Source: Adineta vaga (taxonomy: Eukaryota; Animalia; Rotifera). From it: a DNA stretch of 64,000 nucleotides. Below, one piece after another: positions 61,870 to 64,000 of this stretch. The stretch covers positions 806,001 to 870,000 of the forward strand of contig CP075494.1 of the NCBI GenBank assembly GCA_021613535.1, given 5' to 3'. Position numbers and translations under genes: made by a program. The notes under the pieces were generated by a model that was not told the origin of the DNA, searched no databases, and saw only the letters and a list, made by a program, of their open reading frames with translations. Position 1 is the stretch's first letter. Each line of letters opens with the position of its first letter.

Positions 61870-62430
61870 AAAGATTTCCTGGACGATCGAATGTTAAACC
61901 TCCTAAACGATTGAACTGATTTGAATCTGTTTCTTTTCTATTTCCACCAGCAACTACAGATATTTCTTTTGAATCAATTGACCAACGCATAACTCGATGA
62001 TTTCCACTATCACCATAACATAGATATTTCCTGATAAACTATATCCTTCTGTTGTATCACCAGCGAAATCAGTCCCATACTTAACACCGTTCATCACACG
62101 ATGATTATAATAATCAGCTATATAAACACATTGTTCATTATTATTATTCCCATCATTATCATCTACAACACAAATACCATATGATTGATTTGATTTAATT
62201 GATTACCTTCTCCATTACCTCCAGAAATCGTTATACCATTTCATTTCCATTTTGTATTAAGATTAATATTTGGTAAAATAGATAATTGTTTTAACATCTC
62301 TGTAAATGATATTTCTTCATTATTTTCCTCGATTTGTACTAAATGAACAAGAAATCGACCATCTGGGGATTTATTTACCATAAATAGCTTCAATAAGAAA
62401 AATGTTGAATTCTCTTTGTTCGCAAGAAAA
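61870..62430 (-). pseudogene. Degraded NHL-repeat gene
   Basis: NINLNTKWK*NGITISGGNGEGNQ...PYGICVVD...VYIADYYNHR...GDSGNHRVMRW with stops and frameshifts. Confidence 0.7.
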
Positions 62431-62431
62431 C

Positions 62432-62498
62432 CATCTTGAGGGTGGGTGTGGGTGAGAATCAGATTGATGGGTAAATGTGCTTTCCACACCCTCATAGA
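62432..62498. repeat. Telomeric-repeat palindrome copy
   Basis: CATCTTGAGGGTGGGTGTGGGTGAG ... CCACACCCTCATAGA. Confidence 0.85.
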
Positions 62499-62830
62499 AT
62501 ATCAATTATTCAATTTCGAAGAGAAGAATACTTTAGTTTAGTCAAAATGAATAACTATTCATCAGCATAATATTTTTTCTTTTCATTGATTATATTGTAT
62601 AAAATATCTTTGCATCGAATATGATTACCATTTATTTTAACATTTGGTGATATGCGCAGAAAATATTTAAGTGGTAGAAGAAATACTTCATATTTCTCTC
62701 TCTCTCTCCCTCTCTCTTGTAACCATTTTATTATATCCATAGAGAAGTATATAAGGAACATTTTTATAAGCTATTCAACATATAAACATAAATTATATTT
62801 CAATCTAAAACCGAAGAAAACATATTCTTT

Positions 62831-63130
62831 ATGGCTCGTATTCTTGCTCTTCTCGTTATCATCGTTCTCGTTCTTGGAATTACATTAGGTATGTGAAAAA
62901 TACTGTGAATTGTTTTTCTATAAGTAAATATATTTCTATCATATATATATATAGATGTAGTTTCAGCTGGTACTTGTGGATGTCCATGGAATTCAGCACG
63001 TTGTGAAACCAATTGTATTGGTAAGAATATTGGTGCTGTAACTGGTTCATGTCGTGGATTTGGTTATACATCTTGCAAGTGCAAAGTGAATGGTAGTTGG
63101 AAATCGATTGCTGGCAGTTGCGATAATTGA
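62831..63130 (+). CDS. Secreted CS-alpha-beta defensin-like peptide (77 aa, two exons)
   Basis: Exons 62831-62888 and 62955-63130: MARILALLVIIVLVLGITLDVVSA-GTCGCPWNSARCETNCIGKNIGAVTGSCRGFGYTSCKCKVNGSWKSIAGSCDN; CxxxC, GxC and CxC motifs. Confidence 0.8.
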
Positions 63131-63556
63131 ATGTTTTTCTTTTTCGCTTTCCTATAGTTAGTTCCTTTATCTTGATGATGATGAATTTCTTCTAATAAAG
63201 CGATTCAAGACAACGTTGTCTTTATCAGAGAACAGGATCCAAAAAGATATAAGAAAACAACGAAAAAATATTTTTCAAGTATCAACACTTTGTTTTTCAA
63301 TATCAATGTAAAAGGTTAATGTCCTTGTAAACTGACAGACACATGTACTTTTATAATAAAACAAGGTATTTGGTGCCTCAACCATAATAATACAAATTGA
63401 TATATTGATCAGATGAAAATCAGTAATGCATATGCTTATTAAGTATACATTGATTGAAATATAACTGTCATATATAATATAGTGAAACGTTATTTTCATC
63501 ATTAGTCGACTCACGTTTTCACACAGCAAAAAGGTAAAACGAAGAATAATCAAAGT

Positions 63557-64000
63557 ATGTTAAATACAGATGAACAACAAGATACAGCGATAAAACCCTC
63601 GTAAGATATACCATTTAATACTTTTTGTTTTCAACTATTTAGTCATTTTTTAAACTTTTTCTTTAGAATGATGGGTTCGAAACGAGTCATGATCGGTATT
63701 GGATTATGTATTGGTTTAGTTCTACTATCGGTTGTAGTATTGATCGTAGTTTCTTTAATTCCTGTGTTTTTTGACAATACTGCATCGAGCACTACAACGA
63801 ATACTGCAAAAGGTCAGAAATAGAAAAAATATTTCCTACATCTTATTCTTATCTACTCGTATTTTGTAGAATCGGATGTAATTACAAATACTTACGCTTC
63901 AAATCTTAACATAAGTAGCACAGATGATACAACAGTTTCCAACATGGCTGATGTTGCTCGACAAGTACGTATCTAACAAAATAGTACTTTTAAGACACGT
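63557..64000 (+). CDS. 5' part of type II membrane protein (partial)
   Basis: Short exons; TM VMIGIGLCIGLVLLSVVVLIVVSLIPVF followed by a Ser/Thr-rich stalk; runs off the window. Confidence 0.6.

Noticed and set aside
5064-62498. CRISPR interpretation of the constant-arm/variable-spacer elements
   Set aside because: Arms are inverted and dispersed rather than arrayed direct repeats; no cas genes; eukaryotic context.

Overview
AT-rich eukaryotic genomic DNA with short GT-AG introns. The gene inventory strongly suggests a bdelloid rotifer (Adineta-like); this is an inference, not a database result. It includes NHL-repeat proteins, a REJ/polycystin-like gene, rhodopsin-type GPCRs, an ankyrin-ART, an F-box/LRR gene with about 37 exons, and probably foreign-origin Kelch, GH3, PPC-like and subtilisin-propeptide genes. 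The most striking unexplained structure is a dispersed family of about 20 short (45-95 bp) imperfect palindromes: (CATCTT)GAGGGTG(TGGGTG)n - 15-35 nt spacer - (CACCCA)nCACCCTC(AAGATG). The arms are head-to-head copies of the bdelloid telomeric hexamers TGTGGG/TGAGGG. Copies have ragged ends and no target-site duplication that I could find. Their spacers fall into re-used families. Several sit exactly at breakage or deletion junctions: an internally deleted SWIM/MULE transposase, a truncated GH3 gene, a 5'-truncated NHL fragment, and a 93-bp Tc1/mariner fragment clamped between two copies. This suggests a telomere-repeat linker involved in double-strand-break joining, or a new class of mini mobile element. 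Also notable are a 1301-aa protein made of three tandem 2-TM Cys-rich modules (possible single-chain trimeric channel), an unannotated CS-alpha-beta defensin-like gene, and several MITEs and pseudogenes.
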